Virus record (IMG/VR): IMGVR_UViG_3300014168_000014
Span: 1 to 28,019 of that record
Strand: one strand, 5' to 3'
Length of the DNA: 28,019 nt
Source: a virus
Taxonomy: Duplodnaviria > Caudoviricetes
Under the pieces are notes generated by a model. That model ran no database searches and was not told the origin of the DNA. It saw only the letters and a program-made list of their open reading frames with translations. The translations under genes and the position numbers were made by a program. Below, in pieces: positions 26,147 through 28,019 of the stretch (position 1 is the stretch's first letter; every line of letters starts with the position of its first letter).

Positions 26147-26171
26147 GCGTTAATTTATTACAGGTCAAAAC

Positions 26172-27899
26172 ATGTCAGAAAATGTAGCCACCGTTGGATG
26201 TGCGATAGACATTTACCCGTTCGAGGGTGAAAACTATACACTCACGGACGCTCAGGTTACAGCCTGCAGCGTGCAAGCCGGGATCGATAGTGGTGCGCCG
26301 GGTACATTCAATATGACACTGGCTCCCGGCGGCCCGGCCGGCGTCGACGACCCGAATACGTGGGCTATGGTGATCACGCCGATGTCTCTGGTGGTGATCG
26401 CCATGCAGCGTGGCTCGCGGGCGCAGGTGGTCATGGTGGGGGTTGTTCAGACTCCGGCCGAGATCCTACAATGGGGTGATACGGTTGTTCGGCAACAAAG
26501 TATTCAGGGGTACGATTTTACGGCCTTTTTCACTCAGTTCAACTGGGCGACATTTTCCACGGTCGGTGCTACCGCGGAGACTTTAATCGGACAGGCTCTG
26601 GGAACGAATAGTGGTGGAGCAATCGCACAGCAGCTTTCACCAGCGTTGATCGGTATTCAGGGCTCACAAGGCGCCACACCATCCACGATAGCGCAAGCGT
26701 GGTTCAATTTGATGATGGGCCCCGGCAGCATTATGGGGCAAACTGTGGTGCCTTATAAGAGCACACAATATAACGTGCATAATCTATTCGCCACGCGCTG
26801 GGAGAATTATCTGACGGAGCAGGGACTGACTGTGCCGATGGGTGATTTCCTTGCCACGGTCGACGGCACCTGGATGTCCAAATTCAAGGATCTCTTGCCT
26901 GATCCCTGGTACGAGTTCTTCATTATCACAGCACCGCAGAATGCTTATAGTTTTCCTGGTATGCCGGCGGTTTCAGGCAGTGCCTCGGCCACCAGTTCTA
27001 CTGGTGTCGCCAGTGCCGGATCTCTTCAATTCGCTTCTTCCGGTATGCCTTACGCCACGCCGGCGATGCCAACTATTGTCAGCCGCGTTAAGCCGCTGCC
27101 GGCTCTGACATTGACTGTAAGCAACCCCCAAGATTCCGGCACTTTCGGAAATCTGGATATGGCGCGCTGGAACGCTCTCCCCTTATTTCAGCCGGATAGC
27201 GGTGTCATTCTCAGCCAGCAGACGTTTCCGATAGATGAAGCGCAGAACGTCTATTTCGTGAGCCCGAAATGGATTTACGCCAACATGATGGGAACGGGTA
27301 CGGATATCGTACCAACCACGTTCCTGTTCATCATGGGAGCAGACCCAGCGTCCATACACCGTTACGGTTATAGGCCCATGTTCATGTCTACGCCGTGGTT
27401 GTACGATCCTGTCTATGCGGGAACGAATCTGGAACCGCAGAACATGGCTCAGCTGATGGCAACATTGCTGGCCCGGCTTATGAGCTATTTTCATCCGACC
27501 GCACTCATGGCGAAAGCTGTCGTCGTGTTGCCGCTGCGTCCCGATATCATGCCGGGCTGCCGGTTTACATATCAGCCGAGCAAATCGGACGTGTATTGGG
27601 ATTACTATATAGATAATGTGCAGCATAACTATAATTTTGGCGGTGACAGTGTGTCGACGACGACGCTGACATTAAGCCGTGGGCTGCCGTCGATAATATA
27701 TCAATCAGGTGCGGCGTCTGGAAGTTTTCTCAACGCCATTCACATGGGCGATGCGATGCGTCAGGGTGGTGAATATACGATAGGAGTGCCGAGCGGATTA
27801 GGCCCGACACTCCAAACCGTGGTGCCCCTGAACAGCGCCAATCTATCATCCTTCCTGGGCGGGATTGCAAGTATTTACGTTTCCGCTCAGGCGAAATAA
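26172..27899 (+). CDS. Putative baseplate hub protein
   Basis: After the tape measure. C-terminal ASIHRYGYRP..LRPDIMPGCRF..YYIDNVQHNYNF..TTTLTLSRG is typical of gp27-like hubs. Confidence 0.72.
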   Translation: MSENVATVGCAIDIYPFEGENYTLTDAQVTACSVQAGIDSGAPGTFNMTLAPGGPAGVDDPNTWAMVITPMSLVVIAMQRGSRAQVVMVGVVQTPAEILQWGDTVVRQQSIQGYDFTAFFTQFNWATFSTVGATAETLIGQALGTNSGGAIAQQLSPALIGIQGSQGATPSTIAQAWFNLMMGPGSIMGQTVVPYKSTQYNVHNLFATRWENYLTEQGLTVPMGDFLATVDGTWMSKFKDLLPDPWYEFFIITAPQNAYSFPGMPAVSGSASATSSTGVASAGSLQFASSGMPYATPAMPTIVSRVKPLPALTLTVSNPQDSGTFGNLDMARWNALPLFQPDSGVILSQQTFPIDEAQNVYFVSPKWIYANMMGTGTDIVPTTFLFIMGADPASIHRYGYRPMFMSTPWLYDPVYAGTNLEPQNMAQLMATLLARLMSYFHPTALMAKAVVVLPLRPDIMPGCRFTYQPSKSDVYWDYYIDNVQHNYNFGGDSVSTTTLTLSRGLPSIIYQSGAASGSFLNAIHMGDAMRQGGEYTIGVPSGLGPTLQTVVPLNSANLSSFLGGIASIYVSAQAK

Positions 27900-27900
27900 T

Positions 27901-28017
27901 CTACGGGAGAATAATGTTGCTACCCGTGGCGTTTGATATGCCACCTTGTATATTACCCAAGATGATATCCTTCTGGCCGCCCGCAAAGAGCGCGAGACTG
28001 TTGGCGGCGGGACTGTT
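27901..28017 (-). CDS. Possible 3' end of a reverse-strand gene running off the window
   Basis: The minus frame reads ..NSPAANSLALFAGGQKDIILGNIQGGISNATGSNIILP*, with TAG 1 nt from the hub stop. A plus-strand ATG at 27914 is the competing reading. Confidence 0.35.
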   Translation of the reverse strand, partial: NSPAANSLALFAGGQKDIILGNIQGGISNATGSNIILP

Positions 28018-28019
28018 CA

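Noticed and set aside
929-27626. Many overlapping alternative-frame and antisense ORFs in the track (e.g. 14421..15086, 5114..5788, 13417..13965)
   Set aside because: These are shadow ORFs expected in GC-rich coding DNA and lie largely within well-supported genes.

Overview
A continuous, almost entirely plus-strand morphogenesis operon of a high-GC contractile-tailed (myo-type) phage or prophage. Gene order: free-standing LAGLIDADG homing endonuclease, small protein, large terminase (with an Ala-starting class 3 intein in its P-loop), portal, a 1232-aa multidomain glycosyltransferase plus three small genes, prohead protease fused to a NUDIX hydrolase, poly-Glu scaffold, major capsid protein, terminator, neck/head-tail proteins, sheath, tube, tail assembly chaperone pair with a probable +1 frameshift, tape measure with a lytic-transglycosylase-like domain, a reverse-strand membrane-protein moron, and baseplate hub. 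Capsid and chaperone motifs recall SPO1/Twort-like (Herelleviridae-type) modules, from memory of those families rather than a search. Main points of interest: (1) a flagellin-glycosyltransferase-like enzyme inside the head module, together with Ser/Thr-rich, charge-depleted virion proteins (candidate virion glycosylation system, possibly in an acid-habitat phage); (2) a protease-NUDIX polyprotein whose domains are bounded by K-[A/S/G] motifs that recur through the head proteins; (3) a homing endonuclease that seems to have split a gene's 5' end, supplied a recoded replacement N-terminus, and uses the orphaned N-terminus as a translationally coupled leader. All functional calls rest on visual motif recognition and gene order only.
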